A DNA stretch of 64,000 nucleotides, from contig NC_068990.1 of NCBI RefSeq assembly GCF_001194135.2, positions 61,543,666 to 61,607,665 of the forward strand, written 5' to 3'. The translations under genes were made by a program, and so were the position numbers. Every line of letters starts with the position of its first letter. The first letter of the stretch is position 1. Below the pieces are notes generated by a model that made no database searches, was not told where the DNA came from, and was given only the letters and a program-made list of their open reading frames with translations. Origin of the DNA: Octopus bimaculoides (lineage: Eukaryota). Positions 38,422-50,285 of the stretch are shown here, piece by piece.

Positions 38422-38907
38422 NNNNNNNNNNNNNNNNNNNNNNNNNNNNNNNNNNNNNNNNNNNNNNNNNNNNNNNNNNNNNNNNNNNNNNNNNNNNNNN
38501 NNNNNNNNNNNNNNNNNNNNNNNNNNNNNNNNNNNNNNNNNNNNNNNNNNNNNNNNNNNNNNNNNNNNNNNNNNNNNNNNNNNNNNNNNNNNNNNNNNNN
38601 NNNNNNNNNNNNNNNNNNNNNNNNNNNNNNNNNNNNNNNNNNNNNNNNNNNNNNNNNNNNNNNNNNNNNNNNNNNNNNNNNNNNNNNNNNNNNNNNNNNN
38701 NNNNNNNNNNNNNNNNNNNNNNNNNNNNNNNNNNNNNNNNNNNNNNNNNNNNNNNNNNNNNNNNNNNNNNNNNNNNNNNNNNNNNNNNNNNNNNNNNNNN
38801 NNNNNNNNNNNNNNNNNNNNNNNNNNNNNNNNNNNNNNNNNNNNNNNNNNNNNNNNNNNNNNNNNNNNNNNNNNNNNNNNNNNNNNNNNNNNNNNNNNNN
38901 NNNNNNN

Positions 38908-38958
<51 letters not shown>

Positions 38959-38969
38959 TATGGTGCAAT

Positions 38970-39110
38970 GAGTTTCTTTCAGTTTCTGTCAACCAAATTC
39001 ACTCACAAGACTTTGGCTGGCTTGAAGTTACAGAAAATGACGCTTGCCTAAGGTGCCATGCAGTGGGATTCAACCTGGAACTATGTGGTTGAGAAGCAAA
39101 CTTCAAACCA
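38970..39110 (-). mobile_element. Family A SINE head
   Basis: ttctttcagtttctgtcaaccaaattcactcacaag..cttgcctaaggtgccatgcagtgggattcaacc. Confidence 0.7.
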
Positions 39111-39527
39111 TGCATCTATGCCTGCACCTGTGTATGTATGTAACTTTAGTACACATCACAAGTTATTATAATGATTACAGATGTCAACTTTTCAGCTTAG
39201 AGAAAGTAAGAAAAATCCTGACAGATTTCAAAAATAGTGACAACTCCTAGAATTGTAATTGTTCTTATAAACTTTGTTGAATCAACATTTATCATTCTTC
39301 TCTAAATTTCTTAAACAATATATTTAAGGCTTCACACATCACTTTCTTTTGATAATATGTTTTTTATCTCTTCCTACAACCCCAATTATAATCTGTAATC
39401 ATTCATATTCAAAGGTCCCTTTTAATATACCAATCAAAACAACCATATAATTATTCAATTTCAAACCACTCCACTACCCTCTGCTAATTATAATATATCT
39501 TGCTAGTTAATTATAGCATCACACACA

Positions 39528-39568
<41 letters not shown>

Positions 39569-39611
39569 GCACATGCATGCACACATTCACATATATGTTT
39601 ATAGATATTAC

Positions 39612-39650
<39 letters not shown>

Positions 39651-39865
39651 TACACATATATATACACGGGATATATAAGGGGATTTTGTCAACTGACGTA
39701 AAGTAATAGGTATGTAGCATGTGTGTTCAGTTTGGTTTACTGCTAAAACTCTGCTCTGGAATGCAACTGAAAGTGTGATGTTGAGACTACCTATGAGAGG
39801 TGGCTAGATGTAGTTTCTCCTTGAGCACGTAGATATAGATTGGCTTTTTCATTTTTACCTTAATC

Positions 39866-40072
<207 letters not shown>

Positions 40073-40132
40073 ACAAAGAGAGAGAGAGTAAAATCAGTGT
40101 TATTAAAGGTAATACCAATACAAACCTAACGT

Positions 40133-40315
40133 TAAATATCCTTTCTGCAACAGGACAAGGCCTGAAATTTTGAGGGGTTGTGAGGTCAATTCCATCAACC
40201 CTAGTGTTTATTGAACCTGAAAGAATGAATGGCAAAGTTGACTTGGCAGCATTCGAATTCAGAATGTAAAGCCAGAGGAACTGCTGCTAAACATTTTGTC
40301 TGGTGCAGTAATGAT
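40133..40315 (-). mobile_element. Family B SINE, decayed
   Basis: acaaggcctgaaatttt..gaatgaatggcaaagttgacttggcagcattcgaattcagaatg. Confidence 0.65.
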
Positions 40316-40664
40316 TCTGTTTTGATCTAACGTTAGATAACATAAATGAAAATAACAAAAGCACTGACATGCTATCTTGAAAGAATCATATTACACTGTG
40401 TAACAAAATTAGATTTATTTTTTTGTCTTTGGTCAGTAAGTGTTATTTCCTATTTGCTTCTATCTAGAAGTAAAAAAAATGACTACTATTCACTTCAAAC
40501 TCTATTTTTATGTGCAGGACATCAATGTTTTGAAACTGGCCTTTTCCATTACATTTCAGACAGATTTACTGCTGAGCTGTTGAAGCAGAATTATCATTAT
40601 AGCAAATATTCTGCTCAGTACCATAGATTTGCTTGTCAGTTGCTTGCCCATAACCATTTGAACA

Positions 40665-41013
40665 TGTAGTAACACCGTGCGCATGCGTAGTCTCACGCAT
40701 GCGTGGAATTAAACAAGCAAGCTTTCCCGCTTAATTCTATCTCTTTCTTGCTGGCCAGCAATAGAGCATGGACATGTCAAGCAGTGTCTCCAGCATTCCA
40801 ACCTGGAGACAGTCTCTTTACGTGTTTAGCTGTCACTCTCCATCTTTCGGACTTACACTCGACAGCTCGCTTACATCTACATAACAACGTCCCAACAACT
40901 ATGCTCACACACACAGAAGCTGTAACAACAAGAGCTAAAGATATATATATTTACCACCTGAATAAATGTTGTTTAAGTTGATAGTCTGGAGTTCAGCGTT
41001 CCGTTGTATTTCA
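40665..41013 (+). mobile_element. Putative solo LTR nested in a family F repeat
   Basis: TGT..CA termini, AATAAA at 40961-40966; interrupts family F exactly at a duplicated aacatgt (40661-40667 and 41072-41078). Confidence 0.5.
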
Positions 41014-41569
41014 TAATTTTATATAGGAAAGTCAGGTATACATCTAATGATGTATAACCAACTTTCCTATAAACATGTCCCTTAGTGGCTGACAATATGT
41101 GCATCTCTGATTGTGAGCATGAGTAGTGGAGAAGGATCATAGTCATGTGTTGAGAGGGATTCTTTGGGGCTTGAGTAAATGTAACAAAAGCAAAGGTTGA
41201 AGGAAATATTAGCCATACTTCCTAGGTGTAATCATATAAGGAATAACAGTTGCTTCCCAAGGACAAAAATCGTGTTACACAGCGTTATTTGTCCTTGTCC
41301 TTACCATTTGGGTCAGTCACTCAATTGTGAAACTAGTATGAAAACAAGAAAGAGATAAATTTATGTGTTTCTTAGGTTAGCATATTAAATCATAGTTATG
41401 AGACACACACTAGTAAGAAACATGAATTGATGTTTAAATATGCTACCTATGTGTTTCAATTATTATTTGAAATAGTGAAAAATTTAGAGAAGATTAAATA
41501 AAATCATTTAAATTGTTATTATCAACTCCTTAACTTTCAAATTACTCTGTGAAATATAATGCTTTCTTA

Positions 41570-42459
41570 TTACTTCTTTCAGTCATTTGACTGTTGCCAT
41601 GCTGGGGCACCATCTTGAAGGGCTATTAGTTGAACAAATCAACCCCAGGACTTTATTGTTTTAAGCCTAATACTTGTTCTACCAGTCTCTTTTGCCGAAT
41701 CACTATGTTACAAGAATGTGAACACACCAACACCAGTTGTCAAGTGGGGAAACACAGACATAAAGACACACACACATAGATGCACACATATTTACATATA
41801 GGTATATATATATATATATATATATATAACAAATGATAAATGACTATATGCATATATACGTACAGGTATGTGCATACCTATGTCTACCTGTATATATAGG
41901 TGCATATCTGGGTACANNNNNNNNNNNNNNNNNNNNNNNNNNNNNNNNNNNNNNNNNNNNNNNNNNNNNNNNNNNNNNNNNNNNNNNNNNNNNNNNNNNN
42001 NNNNNNNNNNNNNNNNNNNNNNNNNNNNNNNNNNNNNNNNNNNNNNNNNNNNNNNNNNNNNNNNNNNNNNNNNNNNNNNNNNNNNNNNNNNNNNNNNNNN
42101 NNNNNNNNNNNNNNNNNNNNNNNNNNNNNNNNNNNNNNNNNNNNNNNNNNNNNNNNNNNNNNNNNNNNNNNNNNNNNNNNNNNNNNNNNNNNNNNNNNNN
42201 NNNNNNNNNNNNNNNNNNNNNNNNNNNNNNNNNNNNNNNNNNNNNNNNNNNNNNNNNNNNNNNNNNNNNNNNNNNNNNNNNNNNNNNNNNNNNNNNNNNN
42301 NNNNNNNNNNNNNNNNNNNNNNNNNNNNNNNNNNNNNNNNNNNNNNNNNNNNNNNNNNNNNNNNNNNNNNNNNNNNNNNNNNNNNNNNNNNNNNNNNNNN
42401 NNNNNNNNNNNNNNNNNNNNNNNNNNNNNNNNNNNNNNNNNNNNNNNNNNNNNNNNNNN

Positions 42460-42491
<32 letters not shown>

Positions 42492-42660
42492 CATACACAT
42501 ACGATGGATTTCTTTCAGTTTCTCTCTTCCAAATCCACTCACAAGTCTTTGGTTGGCTCGAAGCTATCATTGAAAACACTTGCCCAAGGTTCTATGCAGT
42601 GGGGCTGCACACAGAACCGTGTGGTTAGGAAGCAAGCTCCTTACCACACAGTCACGCCTG
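41570..42660 (-). mobile_element. Family A SINE split by an expanded internal microsatellite and gap
   Basis: Tail 41570-41770, (TA)n plus N gap 41917-42459, head 42500-42660. Confidence 0.8.
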
Positions 42661-42897
42661 TATCTTTATTCACATTTTAAAAAATTAATTGTCTTATTTT
42701 GTAGCTTCAAGATTTCAATGATGTCATTGCTTATTTTCAGCATGACATTGCAAGGTGGGTCTGAGATTCTGAACATATGCTAGTTTGCACATAAAACTGG
42801 TAGACTATTTGGGCCATATAGTGCTGGTTTAAATACTAAAAAGTTAAACTAATGTCTGAAGCATAAAATACAGCAAGTTCCATTAGTGTCTTCTCAT

Positions 42898-43199
42898 TGT
42901 CATCAGCATCATCATTTAGTGGTCGTTTTCCATAGATTAGATGGTTTGACTACAACTGGCAAACTGGAGAGATGCACCAGGCACCAGTCTGGTTTGGCTT
43001 GGTTTCTACAGCTGGATGCTCTTCCTAACACCAACCACTACACAGAGTGTACCAGATGCTTCTAACATACCACTGGCACAGGTGCCTTTAACATGTCATC
43101 AGCATGGGTACCTTTTACGTGTAACCAGCATTGGCTATGACTACAATTTCATCAAGCTTGATGTGTCTTCTCAAGCACAGCAAATTGCCAAGTCTCAGT

Positions 43200-43239
<40 letters not shown>

Positions 43240-43270
43240 TATGAATACACACATATCATGGTCATCATCG

Positions 43271-43308
<38 letters not shown>

Positions 43309-43480
43309 GTCATCATCATCAACATCATCATTATGTGTCCATATTCCATACTGGCATGGGTAAGACAGTTTGACTGGAACTAGTAAGATGGAGAGCTGCA
43401 CCAGGCTCCAGTCTGGTTTGACTTGGTTTCTATGGCTGGATGCCCTTTCTAATGCCAACCACTTCACAGAGTATAGTGGG
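42898..43480 (-). mobile_element. Two copies of a repeat ending in (ATG)n (informal family D, RTE-tail-like)
   Basis: gtttctacagctggatgctcttcctaacaccaaccac and gtttctatggctggatgccctttctaatgccaaccac, each adjacent to (CAT)n; plus-strand copies at 48955-49122 and 49470-49702. Confidence 0.7.
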
Positions 43481-43699
43481 TCCCTTCTCAAGCACAACAA
43501 TAGACTGGCATATTTCTTCATTCTGTTGTTATGTTGAGACAACATATTCTTAATCTCCTTAGTGATACTAAACAGTAAATTGAAGATCTAAATAGTAATA
43601 GTGGTTCAATCCCTGTACAATTTATTGAAATATCTTCTACAGGAAGATTCTAAGTCAAATTCTTTACTCTAATTTTACCCACTCAGATATATCTTTTAC

Positions 43700-44100
43700 C
43701 TTTTACCTTTTACTTGTTTCAGTAATTGGACTGCAGCCATGCTGGAGCAGCACCTTCAAGGGTTTAGTCAACCAAATTGGACCCACTACTTATTTTTTTA
43801 AACGTAGTACTTATTCTGTCTTTGTTTTTAGCTGAACTGCTAAGTTGCCAAGCAGTAGCGAGTTGCAGATATAACATAAGCACAAAGAGGCACACACACA
43901 CACTCACATCCCACCCATACACTCACACACGCACACCACATACACACATATATATGTGTGTATATATACATACAATAGACTTCTTTCACTTTCCTTCTAC
44001 CAAATCTACTCACAAGGCTTTGGCCAGCCCAGGGCTATAGTAGAGACACATCCCTAGACCACATGGCTGGGAAGCAAGCTCCTTAACCTCACAGCCACAC
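43700..44100 (-). mobile_element. Family A SINE
   Basis: Tail ttttacttgtttcagtaattggactgcagccatgctggag; head at 43975-44100. Confidence 0.75.
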
Positions 44101-45484
44101 CTGTGTTTTTGTGTAAATAAATATTCAATGCTAAACCTTATGATCTTTAAATGTTTGGCAAAATCTATAAGATAACTATGGCTTTAGAGAATTATTGCAA
44201 AATCATCATTTACGATTTGCTTCATTTTTTTTTTTTTTTTTTTGACTCTCACAAATAGGTATCCCACAGTAAAACACTTGAACTAAAAATTTCCAGATCC
44301 ATCCAGCCTATGTTAACATTAAAACATCAAGTTTGATATGAAAGACAAAAGAAAGAAACAGTAAACCAAATGTGATTTGACAACTCAGTAAATTTATCTT
44401 TTATATGTGAGAACCTCTAAGGTAAATACAACAAAGATTGCTAAGCTAGCGGCAGTAACATCTAAGGTAATCAATGATAGCAGTGAAAGAAAGAATAAAG
44501 ATGAACCAATGCAATGTCTGAGAGTTTTAAATGCTAATAAAAAAAAATTCAGAAGAATATATTTATGGTGTTTCCATATATCCTTACTCTTTTCTCTATC
44601 TTTTATTCTGTTATTTACAATCCTATTTCAGTATATTCTTATTCAACCTATTTTCTATGCATAAGAAGAAAAATAAGTAATAAGGATTGGAAGAAGGTTC
44701 TTTGAATTTCTTCCACTCATTACATTCCTTATCTATTGTACTTTTGCTGCTTCATCTATCTGTTGTTTACTTGACTGAAGAATATTTCCACCACTGACAG
44801 TCGTCTCTTCATCAAGAGTCACTATTTCTCTTGCTAATCTATTTAGGGAAATAAACTTACTTGTGAATCTCTTTCATTTGATATTTGCATTGTCTGACAG
44901 CTTGTTGTGTATTCAAGTGCATTTTTGATGCTGTTAGTGCTGAGAAACGGGTATTTATGTATATATTTCCTTAAACTCAGAATAAAGCTATTGCCATTTT
45001 AGGTCATACACCAGCCATTTATATTTTGTTCCTTATTTTAAGGCTTTGAGCTTTTACTTTTCTTACTTTAAAAATGATAAAAAGTTTGATATTGTCACCA
45101 ATAAGAAAAATTACAACCTAAAACATACACTTTTGTCCGTATTTTCCTGGGAAGTCACACAGGGTAGTGAGACTCACTTCAGCTCTTTTGAACAAGAATA
45201 AAACTAATTTTTGCTTAGATAGGGATATTATTGACTGAAAAGATGCTGTTTTTCCTTTTATTATATAGACTCCCTGCCTACATAATCATTATAGAGATGT
45301 TCAGACCAGCAAAACTAAATACCATAAAGCTTAATCTTCTGCCCTCAGAAAGATTAAATGCTTATTAACCTGTGCCATAGAGTGTTCAATACAAATATAA
45401 AGAACTCTACAGGGATGCCTAGAATACAAGATATACCTTGTCATACAATTCAAGTTATTCAAATCTGTTAGTATTTTTTTTTTT

Positions 45485-46125
45485 TACCTTTTACTTATTT
45501 CAGTCATTAGACTGCAGCCTTGCTGGGGCCCTGCCTTGAAGGGGTTTAGTCATACAAATTGACCCTATTACTTATCTTTCTCTTTTAAGTTCGGTACTTA
45601 TTCTATAATTTTTTTTTTTCTTTGCTTATAGGGATGTGAACAAAACAACACTGGTTGTCATATCGTGGTGAGAGATGAACACAAACACAAAGACACACAT
45701 ACATGCATATATATATATATATATATAGATAGATATATAGATATAGATATAGATATAGATATATATATATAGGGAGAATTCACAAAAAAATAACAGACGC
45801 AGACAGATGGTGTTGAAAACAAATAGATGTATTAGTATAACGCTTCGGAATTGAGAAAGTCTGTAACATTTCGAGCCTACGCTCTTCTACAGAAAGGAAC
45901 ACGGAAAGAAACAAGGAGAGAAACAAGGAGAGAAAAAAATGAGTGGAGTGGTTAGCGATCTATCATGGCAATATATATACAATAGGCTTTTATCAGTTTC
46001 TATTTACCAAATCCACTCACAAAGCTTTGGTAGCCCTAAGGTTATAGTAGAAGACATTTGTCCAAGTTGCCATGCAGTGGGACTGAACCCTGAATCATGT
46101 GGTTTAGAAGCAAACTTCTTACCAC
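45485..46125 (-). mobile_element. Family A SINE (tail 45485-45690, head 45985-46125) interrupted by a ~200-bp unrelated insert
   Basis: The insert at 45770-45965 lies in the SINE-internal (TA)n and carries a decayed hammerhead-like motif. Confidence 0.7.
45861..45896 (-). ncRNA. Decayed minimal hammerhead-like motif
   Basis: Minus strand CTTT-CTGTAGA-A-GAGC(GTAG)GCTC-GAAA-TG-TT-ACAG: stem II and GAAA intact; core A6 substituted; stems I and III mismatched. Confidence 0.4.
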
Positions 46126-46156
46126 CTTGCTTAGTGTATTAATAATTAACTCAGTA

Positions 46157-46370
46157 AAAAGGTGGTGAGCTGGCAGAATTGTTAGCATGCCAGGCAAAAT
46201 GTTCAATAGCATTTTGTCCCCCTTTATGTTCCGAGTTCAAATTCCACTGAGGTTGCTTTTCATCCTTTGGGTTCGATAAAATAAGTACCAGTTGAGCACT
46301 GGGGTCGAGGTAATCAGCTTACCCCCTCTCCCAAACTCACAGGCCTTGTGCCAAAATTTGGAACCAGTAA
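46157..46370 (+). mobile_element. Family B SINE, tail type 2
   Basis: ggtggtgagctggcagaattgttagc..ggccttgtgccaaaatttggaacc. Confidence 0.8.
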
Positions 46371-46468
46371 TTACTTCATTAAACTCTACTTTTTATATTA
46401 TTTAAGCAAATTGGATTTACCAGTTTAGCTCAACCAACTGATTTAGAGGCTGTAAATAGCTAGCTATA

Positions 46469-46665
46469 CAGAGTCCACCAAAAAAACTGTATACACACTT
46501 CAGGAAAGAAAAAAATCTATATAAATATTTAACTTGTATAAATACCTCTTTCAATGTTTTATCGAATTGCAATAACACTGAATAAATTATGATAACACTG
46601 AATTAAAATATTTATACAGATTTTTCCTTTCCTAAAGTGTGTATACATTTTTTTGTTGGACTCTG
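46469..46665. mobile_element. Tc1/mariner-type MITE, 197 bp
   Basis: TA on both sides; TIRs of about 60 bp, cagagtccaccaaaaaaactgtatacacactt / aagtgtgtatacatttttttgttggactctg. Confidence 0.88.
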
Positions 46666-46894
46666 TATATCTTTCTGCTTGGAGAAAAAGCAAGGTTCAT
46701 AACTTCTGAGCGAGGTTATATAAACTAGAAGTGAAAAAATGTCAAGTCATTTTGTCTTTTTCTCTTCTCAGAGGGATTAATAGGCAAACATTTATTACAT
46801 TTATCTAAGTGTGCTTTTTACACTTGAAAATATACAAGTTAGCAAGTTGGTACATTACAAATTATGAAGCATTTAGTCCATTCTACTATTGCGT

Positions 46895-47860
46895 TGAATA
46901 GTACAACCAGTTATTGAACGATGAGGGGAATCTGCCTTTCCAGGTTTTGTGGCTAAAAAGCAAATAACCACTCTGAAATGCTTGCATCCGACAATCTGGT
47001 TAAGTGGCACTGTGAGCTGACTCACAGATGTATTTACACCTGTTTGTCTACAGTGAGAAATTTTCTCCATGACAAAAGGCAGCAAATGGCTTTCTTGCAA
47101 GTTTGAATATGGCTCAAGCATATTTAAACTGGTAACAAGTTTGTATTCATACACATTGCTGCTTAGCATTGTCACTCTCTTCTTTATTTACAGCTAACTA
47201 TGGAATAGCACAACCAGTCATTGAACACTTATAGGTGTATCATAAGAGGGGCCTGTCTCTCATGTCAGTTCATAGTGTCTGCTTTTCCAGGCTCTGTGGC
47301 TAAAAGGGAGCCTAACCACACTGAAATGTATGCATTCACCAGTCTGGTTAAGTGGCACTGTGAGATGACTCAGGGAATTTATACCTATTAGTCTACAGCG
47401 AGAAATTTTCTCTACGACAAAAGACAGCAAATGACTTTCTTAGAGGTTCAAATATGCTTGAACTGGTAACTAGTTTGTATTTATATACATAACTGCATAG
47501 CGCTGTCACCCCATATTTTATTTATGGCTAGCTGCTGAATAGCACAAGTCATAAAACAATGACAGGAATATCATAAGAGGCACCTGTATTTCATGTTAAT
47601 TTGCAGTATCTGCCCTTCTGGTCTGTGTGGTTGAAGGGGAGATAACTACTCTGAAATGCATGCCGCCCACAGTCTGGTTAGGTTCTGCTGTGAGCTGACT
47701 CTGTGTATTTACACCTGTTTGTCTACAGTGTAAAATTTTCTCAGTGACAAAATACACTGAATGACTTTCTTATGGGTTCAAATACACCTCAAGCATATTT
47801 GAGATGGTAACAAGCTTGTATTTATGCGCATCAATGCTTAGAAGTGTTACCCTGCATTCT
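46895..47860. repeat. Diverged tandem array, three units (starts near 46895, 47202, 47536)
   Basis: Shared blocks gaatag(t/c)acaa, tctggttaag/tagg, ctgtgag(c/a)tgactc, gtctacag(t/c)g..aaattttctc, ctttctt, ggtaac(a/t)ag. Confidence 0.9.
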
Positions 47861-47959
47861 ACTGTTTTAATAACTGTGTAAGAATAAATCTAGCATTCAA
47901 ATATTTTATTGTATTTATAGGCAGAGCACTTAACTTTATGAGCAACAGATGTGCTGAAT

Positions 47960-48440
47960 GATACCAGACCTTACAGAAATATTGGTTTCAAAATCTGACA
48001 CAAGGCCAGTAATTTTGGAAGAAGAGATAAGTCAATTATATTGACCCTAGTGCTCAACTGATATTTATTTTATCAACCCCAAAAGGATGAAAAGTAAAGT
48101 CAACCGTGACAGAATTTGAACTCAGAGTGTAAAGACAGACAAAATGCTGCTAACTATTTTGCCTGATGTGCTACCAATTCTGCCAGCTCGCTGCCTTAGA
48201 AGTTATAAGTGGAACACTTAACCCTATGGGCTACAGATTTGAGAAATAAATACCAGACCTTACAAAAATATTGGTTTCAAAATTTGACACAAAGCCAGCA
48301 ATTTTGAGGAAGTGGGTAAGCTGATTACATCGATCCCAGTGCTTGACTAGTACTTAATTATTGACACCCAAAAGGATGAAAGGAAGGTAAAGTTGACCTC
48401 TGCAGAATTTGAACTCAGAATGTAAAGACAGACAAAATGT
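47960..48440 (-). mobile_element. Two family B SINE copies sharing the same 3' flank
   Basis: taccagaccttac(a)aaatattggtttcaaaat at 47962 and 48251. Confidence 0.75.
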
Positions 48441-48954
48441 CACAATGTCACTAAGCTCAAAACCTTTAGAAATTACAGAAATATTATTTGTAAAAAAAAA
48501 TGTCAATATTTCTCAGCCACTTGGAGATATTGGATTACAATTTGCCCCAAGAAAAAACTAGGAAGGTCACAGCTAGAAAAACTTTGATCATAAATTTGCT
48601 CAATTAGTGTTGACCTGGAGTTAAACAGCAATACCTTGTGATATTTATCATTTTCATAATTAGTTAGACAGTTATATATCTGTCGAATATATTTCTTTGT
48701 CACCATTATCTATGTTTTGCAGCTCCAACTGATCGTTTTCTCTTCCTCTTTTTCTCCTTTCCCAGTTTACCCTCATTGATGTGAGTAGCCATGCAGATCT
48801 CTCTGCAGGAACCTGCTCTGCTCCCCACTCCCATAATAATCCCCACCTTGTACCCTAATATGAAGTTGACCCCCACCTCCACCATTTCCACCCAGGGCTC
48901 ACAGTCCTGCAAACTTCATAGTGACCTCAATAGTGGAGGGAACATGAGAAAAAA

Positions 48955-49702
48955 AAAAAAAGCACCCAGTCCACACTGTAAAGTGGTTGGCATTATAAAG
49001 GGCATCTGGCCATAGCAACTATGTCAAAGCAGACACCGGTGCTTCATGCAGTTCTTGGACACATCTGATCCTGTCAAACCATCCAACCCATGCCAGCATG
49101 GAACAATGATGATGATGATGAAGTATTTAGAGCAATTTATTTGAATTATCATTTTTGAATATTGAAATGTAAAGTGAATTTTAAATTCTCAAATTCTTTG
49201 TGTCTTTCAAAGTGTCATAAGACCTTTGAAAAATCAGTTTTTAAAATAGTCCAATTTTTCTATGGCCAAATGTTGACTCGACCAGCATCTCTCATGAGAA
49301 GGAAAATGGTAGGTGTCCATGATGGTGGAAGCTGACAATTGAAAAGAAAACACACAATGCCATGTCTGATAGTATCCAGATGGTTTCAAATGTTTTAAAA
49401 GCGAATGAAAGGAAAATCATAAACCAAGTAAAATCTTCGTCACCCATACATGCAGGCTTGTCCTCAACAAGTGCTGGTGCTATGTAAAATGCACTCATTC
49501 TGGCACCCCCAAAAAGTACCTGCACACTATGTAATGTGGTTGGCATTAAGAAAGGCATCCAGCTGTAGAAACCATGTCACAACAGGCAATTTGGTGTCTG
49601 GATATTTCCCTGACTGGCCAGTTCCTATCAAGCCATCCAATCCATGCCAGCATGGAAAACAGACGCTAAACAATGATGATTATGATGTGATGATGATGAT
49701 TG
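48955..49702 (+). mobile_element. Two family D copies (48955-49122, 49470-49702) ending in (ATG)n
   Basis: gtggttggcattataaagggcatctggcc / gtggttggcattaagaaaggcatccagctgtagaaacc ... ccaacccatgccagcatggaa. Confidence 0.7.
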
Positions 49703-50084
49703 ATGAGGCAAAACTCTTTTGTCTACCACAGAGGTGGTTGGCAGTGGTAAGGGAGGAAGGTGGTTAAAAAATTTCACTTATATTTTCTGGAGGGAAAATT
49801 TGTTTTTTTTTTCAGTTTTGGAACCACAGATCTAAATTTGAAGCTGACAAACAAATCATATTGTATAAAGTGGACACCATGTGAATCATCTTGATTCCTG
49901 CGGTAGTCATTTTATTGCAATAATTGTCGTGATTACTCTTTAACCCCAGGTCATATCTGATCAAACAGATCTATGATCAGATCAAAAGCATTCCAACAAT
50001 AGCCCTCCCATCCTCTTTTATATCCTGGACTACTGTTTCCACGGTGTCCTAGATGATAGCATGTAATATGAGTAGCATTTAAAA

Positions 50085-50285
50085 GGCAGCCATCTGGCAA
50101 AGTTGTTAGCACGCTGAGAAAAATCTTTCTTTATGTTTTGAGTTCAAATCCCACTGAGGTTGACTTTGCCTTTCATCCTTTCAGGGGTCAATAAAATATA
50201 TACAGGTCAAGCACTGGGATTGATGTAATCGATGTATCCCCTCTCCGAAACTTGCTGACCTTGTGCCAAAATTTGAAAGCAATAT
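50085..50285 (+). mobile_element. Family B SINE
   Basis: gagttcaaatcccactgaggttgactttgcctttcatcctttcagggg..ccttgtgccaaaatttgaaa. Confidence 0.75.

Noticed and set aside
44861-44939. 79-nt minus-strand exon-like segment (ttctcag|..cacaa|gtaagt)
   Set aside because: Good splice signals but isolated, opposite to the inferred + gene, and without identifiable protein similarity; needs RNA-seq.
46895-47860. CRISPR array or retrozyme interpretation of the tandem arrays
   Set aside because: Eukaryotic context, units too long and diverged, no short repeat-spacer pattern, no hammerhead core in the units.
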